Notes under the pieces: generated by a model | What the model saw: the letters and a program-made list of their open reading frames with translations, nothing else | Databases searched by the model: none | What the model was told of the DNA's origin: nothing | Shown here: positions 8,757-16,812 of the stretch, piece by piece | Position numbering within the stretch: position 1 is the first letter of the stretch | Layout of the letters: every line of letters begins with the position of its first letter | Virus record (IMG/VR): IMGVR_UViG_3300030330_002882 | Coordinates: 1 to 49,932 of that record | Reading direction: 5' to 3' (one strand) | Length of the DNA: 49,932 nucleotides | Source: a virus | Lineage: Duplodnaviria; Caudoviricetes | Position numbers and translations under genes: made by a program

Positions 8757-9106
8757 TGGCATTCAAGTTTAAATATCCAAACTCTACAACAATCATTGGT
8801 TACATTGAGTCGGCAAGTCTTCGCAAGCCAACTAAGCATTCTGGGGACAGGGCTACTGCTAAGATATTTGTGCCTGAGAATCCCAGAGGAAACAAAAACA
8901 ATAAGTACCCTCCTCATCCATTGAGGGTGACTGTGATTGGTTTCGGTAAGATAGCCAACAAGCTTATGGAGTATTCAGTTTCAGGCGACTTAGTTGTAAT
9001 ACTTGGTAATCTTATAGAACTACGTTCAGGCGGAACTGAAACTGCAATATACATTCAAAGCCTTACGAGTCTTGATGACGAGGAGGGTGCAGAAGATGTT
9101 TTCTGA
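8756..9106 (+). CDS. Divergent SSB-like OB-fold protein
   Basis: IIGYI...VTVIGFGKIANKLMEY..SGDLVVILGNL pattern of SSB; acidic tail DDEEGAEDVF. Confidence 0.6.
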   Translation: MAFKFKYPNSTTIIGYIESASLRKPTKHSGDRATAKIFVPENPRGNKNNKYPPHPLRVTVIGFGKIANKLMEYSVSGDLVVILGNLIELRSGGTETAIYIQSLTSLDDEEGAEDVF

Positions 9107-10067
9107 AGTATTAGATCTTTCAGGCAGTAGACACGCACTGCCCGACTTGTCCAAGTTTATTTGCTCAAGGCTTGGGAACACTGGAAGGCTTCATAGCGAC
9201 ATTCATTGTGCTAAAAGTCTTGGTGAATCTATCCTTCGACAGCTAAGCGAAGAGCGTTCAGCAACAGGTGGGCTACGTCTGTCTCAGAGCGGTGCTTGCA
9301 TTAAGCAGCTTGCATACCAGTACCATCATGAAGTACCAAACGGAATGCAGATTGGTGCTGCATCTAAGATTGCTTTTACTATTGGAGATATCACTGAAGC
9401 AATACTTGTATCTGCTCTTGCCGAGTGTTTCGATAATCCATCTATACAGTTGTCTGGTGCTTTGACTTTTGCAGGAAAAGACCAAGAAACTGTTTACATG
9501 GAAGTTGATTGTGGACAGGCTGGAAGTGGTCGGGTTGCTCGTATTCCCGGTCATCCTGATGGAACAATGATGGTGTTCTCTCCCGACAATGCAACAATGT
9601 ATGAATGCATTCTCGAAGTAAAGTCAATGTCTGACTATGGATACAGGAAGTTTGTAAACAGTGGACTTAGTTCAGACGACTCTTACTACTCTCAGGTTCA
9701 GTCATATATGCACTGTAAGGGCTTGAAGTGGGCGTACCTTGTTGCATACAATAAAAGCGCTGGAGCGAGGGATGCGGAGATTCTTGACGACGGTACTTGG
9801 CAGCCAGTACCAGCATTGAAGGGTCAGTGGATTCCATACGACCATGAACACGTATTGCAAACTAAAGACAAGTTTCGTTCTGTAATAAATAGCAGATCCC
9901 CTGAAGATATTCAGAGGCCACACAGTTCAAACAGGAAGGGCCAGTTGGCGTTTCCTTGCGACTACTGTTCTTATTACAAAACATGTTTTCCTCTTTGTAG
10001 TGAAGAGGTATCCGAGTCTAAATGGCTCACAAAAAGCACCAAGATCAAGGTGATAGCAGGAGAATAA
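9096..10067 (+). CDS. Cas4-like PD-(D/E)XK exonuclease with predicted 4Fe-4S cysteines
   Basis: SQSGAC, GHPDG, ILEVKS, QVQSY, C-terminal CDYCSYYKTC; ATG 9096 after GAGGAGG. Confidence 0.85.
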   Translation: MFSEVLDLSGSRHALPDLSKFICSRLGNTGRLHSDIHCAKSLGESILRQLSEERSATGGLRLSQSGACIKQLAYQYHHEVPNGMQIGAASKIAFTIGDITEAILVSALAECFDNPSIQLSGALTFAGKDQETVYMEVDCGQAGSGRVARIPGHPDGTMMVFSPDNATMYECILEVKSMSDYGYRKFVNSGLSSDDSYYSQVQSYMHCKGLKWAYLVAYNKSAGARDAEILDDGTWQPVPALKGQWIPYDHEHVLQTKDKFRSVINSRSPEDIQRPHSSNRKGQLAFPCDYCSYYKTCFPLCSEEVSESKWLTKSTKIKVIAGE

Positions 10068-10068
10068 A

Positions 10069-10485
10069 ATGATCAATAAAGTAATGTTAGTTGGTAAAGT
10101 AAAGAGTCAGCCACAGCAGCGAGGAGCAGCAGTTGCGTTTCGCATTGGAACTTGGCGAATCATTCAAGACGGTCGTAGGTTCGACTCTACACATAGCGTT
10201 GAGGCTTTTGGTCGCAATGGTGAGATTGCCTCTACACTAAAGGAAGGTGAACTTGTCGCAGTTGAAGGATCTATTAAGCATTCATCTTATGAAAAGAACG
10301 GACAAAAAGTTTGGTTCACAAGTGTCAGTGCTTCTTCGGTCGGGAGAGTTGGGGAGGAGGGCGCTTCGCAAAGCAATCAATCATCGCAAGAAGTGGGTGG
10401 CTCGTCGCCGTCAAACTATCCTCCGAATCAATCTAACTCCTCGAATGGTTCAGGACATGCAAGCAACGATGAGATTCCATTCTAA
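10069..10485 (+). CDS. ssb: Single-stranded DNA-binding protein
   Basis: MINKVMLVG, LKEGELVAVEGSI, disordered linker, C-terminal DEIPF. Confidence 0.92.
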   Translation: MINKVMLVGKVKSQPQQRGAAVAFRIGTWRIIQDGRRFDSTHSVEAFGRNGEIASTLKEGELVAVEGSIKHSSYEKNGQKVWFTSVSASSVGRVGEEGASQSNQSSQEVGGSSPSNYPPNQSNSSNGSGHASNDEIPF

Positions 10486-10486
10486 T

Positions 10487-10702
10487 ATGGGTGAACTATC
10501 AGATACTGTTGGACCAATCTTTGTTATTCCTCATACACCTGAAGCTATGGGCAGCAGTGTAAGTAGGATTTTAGATGAGGGTGTAATGGTAGTATCCATC
10601 AATCCGGTAGGTAAAATGATGGGTGCTCTATTTAGCGATGGCAAAGAATCATTGTACTGGTACCGATCCCCAGAGGTTGGTGCAGACTTTGGATTAAGTT
10701 GA
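10487..10702 (+). CDS. Hypothetical protein
   Basis: 71 aa from the ATG just after the ssb stop; fills the gap to the resolvase gene. Confidence 0.55.
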   Translation: MGELSDTVGPIFVIPHTPEAMGSSVSRILDEGVMVVSINPVGKMMGALFSDGKESLYWYRSPEVGADFGLS

Positions 10703-11235
10703 TGAGTGCGGCCAGTTGTAATGAAAAGCAAGATGTTTACTTGGGAATAGATCCCGGTAAGGATGGAGCCCTTGTTGTAATAAGTTCAAGTGGGCGTGTT
10801 ATCGCAAGCTTTATGACTGGCCGTGACTTTACTATGAACATTGGTAAAGGTTCTAAACGTGAGTACACCGTTTCACGGATGGCGTATGCAATCAAGTGTC
10901 TCAGTGGTACACACAATATAAAGCTGGCAGCTATAGAAAAGCAGTCCGCAAGACCCGGACAGGGTGTAACTTCTACGTTCAGTACAGGATATGGATACGG
11001 ACTATGGGTTGCATTGTTGTCTTCGAGTAGCGTTCCTTTTGTAGAGGTGAGACCAAAGACTTGGGCTTCACATGTATTAAAGGACGTACCGGGTGAAGGT
11101 AAAAACCGCTCAGTTTACGCTGTAATGAACCGCGTACCTGAACTGGACCTTACCCCCGGAAAGAAACGCAAACCTCACGACGGGCTCGCTGACGCTGCCT
11201 GCTTGGCCCTTTATTCAATGCATCTTGAGGCGTAG
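10702..11235 (+). CDS. RuvC-like Holliday junction resolvase
   Basis: YLGIDPGKDGA, AAIEK, GVTSTFSTGYGYG, VRPKTW, HDGLADAACLA. Confidence 0.88.
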   Translation: MSAASCNEKQDVYLGIDPGKDGALVVISSSGRVIASFMTGRDFTMNIGKGSKREYTVSRMAYAIKCLSGTHNIKLAAIEKQSARPGQGVTSTFSTGYGYGLWVALLSSSSVPFVEVRPKTWASHVLKDVPGEGKNRSVYAVMNRVPELDLTPGKKRKPHDGLADAACLALYSMHLEA

Positions 11236-11246
11236 CCTCTAAACCT

Positions 11247-11311
11247 CCCCTTCCTATACAGTCATAGTGGTCTGCAGCATGACCATTTCCTACCGACTGT
11301 ATAGGTTGGGG
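11247..11311 (+). other. Long intergenic stem-loop
   Basis: CCCC-tt-CCTATACAGTC...TGGTC/GACCA...GACTGTATAGG-tt-GGGG; 11-bp perfect core; only a short U run follows. Confidence 0.65.
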
Positions 11312-11327
11312 CTTTCATAATGATGCA

Positions 11328-12218
11328 ATGGCAAGCAAACGAATATACAAAAGAAAGACGGACGTTTATCCGAACAAGTCCTATTACGAAGGACGTATAG
11401 ATCTAAACAAGCTGGGTATACCAATAGGTTGGTACCACAATAAGAAAGGAAAGAAGACTAAGTGGACGATACTAAATGCAGGACTGATTCAAATAGGGAT
11501 TACAAACCACGTTCTTGGATTGTGTCCCGGTAGAAAGCAAATATTCTTAGGCAGGAACGGAAAGCTTTGGAGATACGAAGGAACTTGTTTGCCATCCATT
11601 GTCCCAGATACAATGGGTCTGGACAGGGAAGACCTCAATGCTTGGGCAGATGCTTGTGCAAGGATGGTTATAGACAGGCTTACCCCAAGCAATGAAGCGA
11701 GTGTCACTGAGAGATCCCACTACAGATACCGAAAGATAGTCAATGCATTGGTGAGTCAAAGAATACTTGATGCAGCAGCTATCGGGTATGAGTGCAATCC
11801 CACAGACTTTGCAAAGGGAATATCTCAAGAGTGGACAGCGCATGATCTGCTTTACCCAAGGCATGCAAGTATTCGTCATGCAACACTCGTTGCTTTGGTT
11901 CTTGCATTAGACTCAGACAAGGCTGCACAGTTGATAGAGCTTGCTGCTTTAATCGAGATGAGAATCCCATTTGTATCGAGAGAAGCTGCTTTATCGATAT
12001 ATCAACAGGCCGTGTCTTTGCTTGCAAGGCTGTGTCCACAATGGTGGAACCAAGGGTACACTTGTAGGTGGGAGCTTGTCGGAAGCATTGACAAGATATT
12101 TAGATCGCAGTACATTAGAATGATAGAAAGTGCATGGGACAATGGCACTCAATACGAAACAGCAGGCGGGATTGTTCTTCGCAATCTCTTAGATAGCGAC
12201 CCGTTTGCAGAAGAATGA
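11328..12218 (+). CDS. Hypothetical protein (basic N-terminus, helical C-terminus)
   Basis: 296-aa ORF in operon orientation; no family recognised. Confidence 0.7.
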   Translation: MASKRIYKRKTDVYPNKSYYEGRIDLNKLGIPIGWYHNKKGKKTKWTILNAGLIQIGITNHVLGLCPGRKQIFLGRNGKLWRYEGTCLPSIVPDTMGLDREDLNAWADACARMVIDRLTPSNEASVTERSHYRYRKIVNALVSQRILDAAAIGYECNPTDFAKGISQEWTAHDLLYPRHASIRHATLVALVLALDSDKAAQLIELAALIEMRIPFVSREAALSIYQQAVSLLARLCPQWWNQGYTCRWELVGSIDKIFRSQYIRMIESAWDNGTQYETAGGIVLRNLLDSDPFAEE

Positions 12219-12225
12219 AGAGGCA

Positions 12226-13098
12226 ATGATGACCATAAAATGGACAGAAGAAATGTTAGTCAAGCTTGGTTCTAAATCAGACACAGTGCTGGCTAAAGAG
12301 CTTGGTATTTCTAAGGCTACTGTTTCTAAAAAAAGAAACGCTATTGGTATACCAGTCTTTAAAGCACCTAAAGATTACTTGAAGGGTAGGCACAGGGGTC
12401 GTCCTGTGGTTCACCCAGAAGAACGATACCCAGGAATAACAGATCAGCTTAAAACAAAAACAAACATTGTAGTTGCTGAAATGTATGGTCTTTCAAGAGA
12501 GCGCATAAGACAAATACGGGAACAGCTTGGCATTGAAAAGATACCAAATGTAGTAATCAATAGGCTTTCAGATGAAGACAAAGAATACTTGATTGAGAAC
12601 TTGGGTAAGGTTTCTGATAATGCTCTTGCAAATCAAATGAATGTTAGCGTTGCTGTAATAGGATCGTTTAGAAGATCTATTAATAAAGAGAGTTTCCGGT
12701 CATTACAAGTCAAAGAAAGGCGCGCAGCGCTTGATTCTGTAAAAGATAGGATCGGAGTTGATAGCGATAGATCTATTGCTGTATCTCTTGGATGGCCCGC
12801 CCATTCAGGGGCATCTTATGTTCAAAGGTACAGGATTGAACATAAGATATCTGCAAATCCAGAACGTAAGACAAGATGGAATAGGTGGGATCACGGAACA
12901 TTAAAAGTGATTGAGTCGATGATTGCAGATGGAATGTCTGTAAGTGAGGTTAGCGAATCTATTAAAATGCATAAGGCTTATGTATACAAACTTATGCGAA
13001 AGCACTCGATCGAAACCCCTGCACATAGGCGTAGACGTGAGCGTGAGCTTGCACGCGAAGAGGAAGATTTCCCCTACGTAGTAGGGGGCAAGGGCTGA
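12226..13098 (+). CDS. Tandem multi-HTH DNA-binding protein
   Basis: About five repeats of LG..SD..LA..(L/Y)G.S...V...R...GI; ATG 12226 after GAGG. Confidence 0.7.
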   Translation: MMTIKWTEEMLVKLGSKSDTVLAKELGISKATVSKKRNAIGIPVFKAPKDYLKGRHRGRPVVHPEERYPGITDQLKTKTNIVVAEMYGLSRERIRQIREQLGIEKIPNVVINRLSDEDKEYLIENLGKVSDNALANQMNVSVAVIGSFRRSINKESFRSLQVKERRAALDSVKDRIGVDSDRSIAVSLGWPAHSGASYVQRYRIEHKISANPERKTRWNRWDHGTLKVIESMIADGMSVSEVSESIKMHKAYVYKLMRKHSIETPAHRRRRERELAREEEDFPYVVGGKG

Positions 13099-13099
13099 G

Positions 13100-13129
13100 C
13101 TTGACTCGTCCTTGACCGTCAGTTAAGAC
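13100..13129 (+). promoter_or_regulatory. Promoter, second copy of the 5820 element
   Basis: TTGACT-17-TAAGAC; 21/27 identity to 5820-5846. Confidence 0.6.
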
Positions 13130-13224
13130 CGGTTCTGGCTGGTTCGCCGGGTCATCCAGAGACTCAAAACTCGGCATCTTTCAACACAATATTCAGCCAT
13201 TCTAAGCAATGGAAAGGATTACCG

Positions 13225-13704
13225 ATGAACATATTTGTCGTACATAAACACCCAAGAAAAGCAGCGCGAATGCTTTGTGACCAGCATGTCGTAAAGATGG
13301 CTCTTGAGTCAGCACAAATGTTATGCACTGCAATCAATGAAAGCGGCGGCCAAGCCCCGTACAAATCAACGCATAAGAATCATCCTTGCAATGTCTGGGC
13401 AAGAGAAACTCTTGGCAACTGGCTATGGCTTTATGACCACGGCAACATGCTTTGCGACGAGTACACCTTACGCTTTAAGAAGAACCACAAGTGCAGATCT
13501 GTTATGAATGAGTGCCTGAAAGTACTCGATGGGTCGGGATTAATAACTGACCTTAGAAAGACTCCACACCCTCTTTGTATGCCTGATGAATACAAAAGTG
13601 ATGATGTAGTTCAGTCATACCGAGACTTTTACAGCATAGAAAAAAGACACTTTGCAACGTGGGATAAAAGCACTCCACCATTCTGGTGGTTGGAGTGGAC
13701 ATAA
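13225..13704 (+). CDS. Pyrimidine-dimer DNA glycosylase/endonuclease V-like protein
   Basis: MNIF, CDQHVVKMALESAQML, YKSTHKNHPCNVW, LCDEYTLRF, CMPDEYK, SYRDFY signature motifs. Confidence 0.85.
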   Translation: MNIFVVHKHPRKAARMLCDQHVVKMALESAQMLCTAINESGGQAPYKSTHKNHPCNVWARETLGNWLWLYDHGNMLCDEYTLRFKKNHKCRSVMNECLKVLDGSGLITDLRKTPHPLCMPDEYKSDDVVQSYRDFYSIEKRHFATWDKSTPPFWWLEWT

Positions 13705-13718
13705 TCTGTCCGCATTCA

Positions 13719-13802
13719 GCTTGGATGGTGGAATAGGTATACACAGGAGACTTAAAATCTCCCGGCTAATCAGCCTTGCGGGTTCGATTCCCGCTCCAAG
13801 CA
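13719..13802 (+). tRNA. tRNA-Leu (anticodon UAA), CCA not encoded
   Basis: Acceptor stem GCTTGGA/TCCAAGC + discriminator A; D-loop GGAATAGGTATAC; anticodon arm GGAGA-CT-TAA-AA-TCTCC; long variable arm GGCT-AATC-AGCC; T-arm GCGGG-TTCGATT-CCCGC. Confidence 0.95.
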
Positions 13803-13904
13803 TTCTTTCATATACAAAGAGTCAACCTTGGCGACGTTGGTAAACTCTATAATCCAGCATGGCTAAACGTCGCACTAACTAAATGTCCTTTAAAGGAGGA
13901 AAAA

Positions 13905-14180
13905 ATGTACGAAGAAATAGTAGAAATAAAAACAGATGTTCTGATTGAAGATCAACCAGAGGTATCGATAAACATAAACGGGTATTCGTATCAAATAATC
14001 ATAACAGATGGCATCCGTGCTCCCGGCACTGCACAAGTATCAGTGCAAGACATTCAACTTCTCACAACTAAAAGCCTGTTGTATCTTAAAGAGCTTTGCA
14101 ACCATGAGCTTGAACACAGGCTTCTTAATCGTTGCGATGATGATGGCATTCCTTTTGCCAGTGAGGATTGCAATGCTTGA
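13905..14180 (+). CDS. Hypothetical acidic protein
   Basis: 91 aa from ATG 13905 with strong AAGGAGG RBS. Confidence 0.7.
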   Translation: MYEEIVEIKTDVLIEDQPEVSININGYSYQIIITDGIRAPGTAQVSVQDIQLLTTKSLLYLKELCNHELEHRLLNRCDDDGIPFASEDCNA

Positions 14181-14367
14181 TGAACAATCACTATTAGTCC
14201 AAAGAGATATGCTCATTGACACGATTACATCAATCAAGATTCGTTACAAACAATGCCCAACTTGTGATGCCAAAATCTATGATAGCTTCAAGAACTACAA
14301 GATTAAGAACGCATTGAATGGTGCATTAAGTAGAGTCGAGAAGGCACTGGAGTTGATCAATGAGTAA
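14173..14367 (+). CDS. Hypothetical protein with CxxC
   Basis: 64 aa from ATG 14173 after GAGG; CPTC motif. Confidence 0.55.
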   Translation: MLDEQSLLVQRDMLIDTITSIKIRYKQCPTCDAKIYDSFKNYKIKNALNGALSRVEKALELINE

Positions 14368-14716
14368 TGCATTGATGCCTCCAAAGCCGATTGGTTTTGT
14401 AGAAGTAGAAGACAATAAGTATTCGCTGTCTGTCGGCAGCTATATGAATGGCCATCTTGCAGTGATGATGCACACAAAAGACGGAATGCCGTATGCTGTG
14501 GTGTCCAAGAATATACCGAGCATTGATATAGATACAGACCAGTTCTTCGTAAACTGGTACAACCTCTCTCCTGTAATACTTGATGCATTATCTGAGTGTG
14601 GTTTCTTCGAGGATACGGGCAGGCGTATTAGACCTGACGGTTCATTCGTAGAGCTACCGCTTTGGGAAATGAAAAGTGTCATTACAGCAAGGTACGTGAC
14701 TTCAGTAGAGGAGTAG
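14360..14716 (+). CDS. DUF4313-like protein
   Basis: SYMNGHLAV..DGMPYAVVSKNI...FVN.YN...GFFEDTGR...SFVELPL resembles the DUF4313 pattern. Confidence 0.6.
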   Translation: MSNALMPPKPIGFVEVEDNKYSLSVGSYMNGHLAVMMHTKDGMPYAVVSKNIPSIDIDTDQFFVNWYNLSPVILDALSECGFFEDTGRRIRPDGSFVELPLWEMKSVITARYVTSVEE

Positions 14717-14731
14717 TCCGCCAACCAAAAA

Positions 14732-14779
14732 GGGGGTGCTACACTCCCTGAACGTAGTGAAGGGAGGTGTAGCATCCCC
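14732..14779 (+). other. Strong intergenic hairpin
   Basis: GGGGGTGCTACAC-TCCCT / AGGGA-G-GTGTAGCATCCCC around GAACGTAGTGA. Confidence 0.7.
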
Positions 14780-14837
14780 ACCCTTCAAAATCAAAACCCT
14801 GCTGGCGAAGTCCGGCAAAGTAATACAAGGAAGAAAC

Positions 14838-16679
14838 ATGTACGAGTTCGTATATACACAACCAGATGGAACAGAAAAGGTTTACCGGTCTCACGACCGG
14901 GAGCAAGCCATGACAGATGCACAGCGTGCATTCTTTATGGACTACAAGGCAGGCAAGTGGGTAGGAAAGAACTACAACAATCGTGTAATGGAGCGCGAAC
15001 AGCAGGAGTCTTTGGAGCCTGTTGAAAGTCCAGAAGAGGTAAGCGGATATGAACAGTTCATGCAGGACGTTTGCAATGATGATGAGCAGGCAGATGTTGA
15101 TGGCATGTATGAGAAAACAAATGATGAGATGGATGCAATGTCCGAGGACATGAACCCAGTCTCACCAATGCAGCCTATCTTCGGCATGACGCAATCTAAT
15201 GACGACGACAATACAGAAGAGAACGTAGCCAATGCAACTACCTCACGTCTTGAGATTGCAATGTCTGAAGACCCTCAAGTTCGTGAGGATACTCCTATAT
15301 TCCAAGGTGGATGGGGCTCAGGTGCAAATGGGGTTAGCAACTACAGCCAGAATCGTACTGTGAATACAGGCGAGGTAAGCAAAGTAGCTGTCGAGCGTCA
15401 AGAAAAGCATGACACATGGCTTGCAGAACTTGGCTTGTCACGACCAACTAAGAATATTTCTATTACAAAAGCAGGATACAAAAGAGGTACTGCTGTTGTT
15501 GATGTTGGGTATGACAACCTAAAAGCTGCTCGCACAGTGTGGGATGAAAAGCCTGATGCATATACTGCTGCATCTCAGTTCATTGGGTTGATTCAAAGCG
15601 AGGACCGACAAAGTGTTGACGTTCCACTTCACAATCTAAGAATGCGAGACGATGGAATCATTCAGGGTCTCGGAGAATATGGTGAGTTGGGTATTGAAGA
15701 GAATGCACTAAGGCAACTACTTGCAGCTACACGCTTTGGCGCTGGTGTAGATATGGTATCTGCTGGTTCATTGTTTCCTCGCGGGTTCCATACAATGAAG
15801 TCGCTTGACCCTGACGTAAGAGCTTATGTTTTCAATGAGCATATGAAGCGGCATTGCAGTACTGATAAAGTGATGCGGTTTCGCACTCGTAAGAACGGTA
15901 GCCATCGAAGCATCTTCGGTGTAGTCGGCACCGGCTACCAAGAATATGATGCAGATAAAGTTGCAAATATGATTCAGCTTGCTGTTGATGACATGCCATA
16001 CAAGGCGGATATTCAATACAACTCTGAGACTACAAACTTTACAATGGACCTGACAATGCATGCACCAGATGACTTGGTGGACTTTAGTGCAGGTGATTTG
16101 TATGAGATTGGTTTCAGGTTCAAGGCCAATGACCGTGGGGGTGGCTCCATCAATGGTAATGCTATTGCATTTTGGAACGAGTGTTTGAACATGATTATCC
16201 TGCACTCCAAAACCAAGGAGATTATGCGAGCCATCCACAAGGGCAACATGCAACAGAAGATGGAAGCAATCCAAAAGGGTATGCAAGATGCACGTCCTGC
16301 AATGGAGCGTTTCGCTCAGGACTGGGGCATTCTTGGACAGACTGCGTCTCTATCTCAAGTATCCAGCAAGGATATGGATGACTATGGATTCGACGGTGCC
16401 AATGGTTCTCATATTCTAATCAAGAAGCTTGTTGCAGAGGGTAAGGTTGCTTCTGGTATTGGTCGCGATGCTGCTGTGCAAATGATGTTTGATTCATATG
16501 CAGATCAGGGTGGCGGTGACAGCGTCCAAGATGTCATCAATGCAATCACACGTATGGCTCACCAGAACCTTGTTGATGACTGTGCTCGTGATGTATTGGA
16601 GCGTGAGGCTGGTGCTCTTGTTCCTGTACTTGCACGTAATGCAAACTCAATCGCTGGTACCCTTGGGTATCTCAACTAA
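14838..16679 (+). CDS. DUF932-like domain protein with long acidic N-terminal extension
   Basis: ATG 14838 after AAGGAAG; C-terminal FGVVGTGYQEYD and ANDRGGGSI...ECLNMII...IHKG match the DUF932 pattern; residues ~50-135 are D/E-rich. Confidence 0.65.
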   Translation: MYEFVYTQPDGTEKVYRSHDREQAMTDAQRAFFMDYKAGKWVGKNYNNRVMEREQQESLEPVESPEEVSGYEQFMQDVCNDDEQADVDGMYEKTNDEMDAMSEDMNPVSPMQPIFGMTQSNDDDNTEENVANATTSRLEIAMSEDPQVREDTPIFQGGWGSGANGVSNYSQNRTVNTGEVSKVAVERQEKHDTWLAELGLSRPTKNISITKAGYKRGTAVVDVGYDNLKAARTVWDEKPDAYTAASQFIGLIQSEDRQSVDVPLHNLRMRDDGIIQGLGEYGELGIEENALRQLLAATRFGAGVDMVSAGSLFPRGFHTMKSLDPDVRAYVFNEHMKRHCSTDKVMRFRTRKNGSHRSIFGVVGTGYQEYDADKVANMIQLAVDDMPYKADIQYNSETTNFTMDLTMHAPDDLVDFSAGDLYEIGFRFKANDRGGGSINGNAIAFWNECLNMIILHSKTKEIMRAIHKGNMQQKMEAIQKGMQDARPAMERFAQDWGILGQTASLSQVSSKDMDDYGFDGANGSHILIKKLVAEGKVASGIGRDAAVQMMFDSYADQGGGDSVQDVINAITRMAHQNLVDDCARDVLEREAGALVPVLARNANSIAGTLGYLN

Positions 16680-16681
16680 AG

Positions 16682-16753
16682 ATGGACCATACTACTGCGT
16701 TCATCATATTGTTTTGCATTGGATTTTTTATATCCATTAGCGACTTACTTTAA
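16682..16753 (+). CDS. Possible 23-aa hydrophobic peptide
   Basis: MDHTTAFIILFCIGFFISISDLL, starting 2 nt after the DUF932 stop; no strong RBS. Confidence 0.35.
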   Translation: MDHTTAFIILFCIGFFISISDLL

Positions 16754-16759
16754 AACACT

Positions 16760-16792
16760 CGGGGGATGGTTCGTTTTTACGGCCATCCCCCG
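16760..16792 (+). other. GC-rich intergenic hairpin
   Basis: CGGGGGATGG...CCATCCCCCG 10-bp perfect stem, no U tail. Confidence 0.65.
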
Positions 16793-16812
16793 TCCAAATA
16801 GCAGGACAGATA

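Noticed and set aside
9096-10067. Cas4-like gene as a sign of a CRISPR-Cas locus or mini-array
   Set aside because: No regularly spaced 25-40 bp repeats and no other cas genes seen; context is a standard recombination module.
13719-13802. tRNA as an attachment site for integration
   Set aside because: It is a full-length single copy inside an operon, with no duplicated 3' fragment and no recognisable integrase.
13818-13855. Resemblance to a preQ1-I riboswitch (AGAG...CTCTATAA)
   Set aside because: Loop lacks the UUC/CAC consensus, there is no A-rich 3' tail, and no queuosine-related gene follows.
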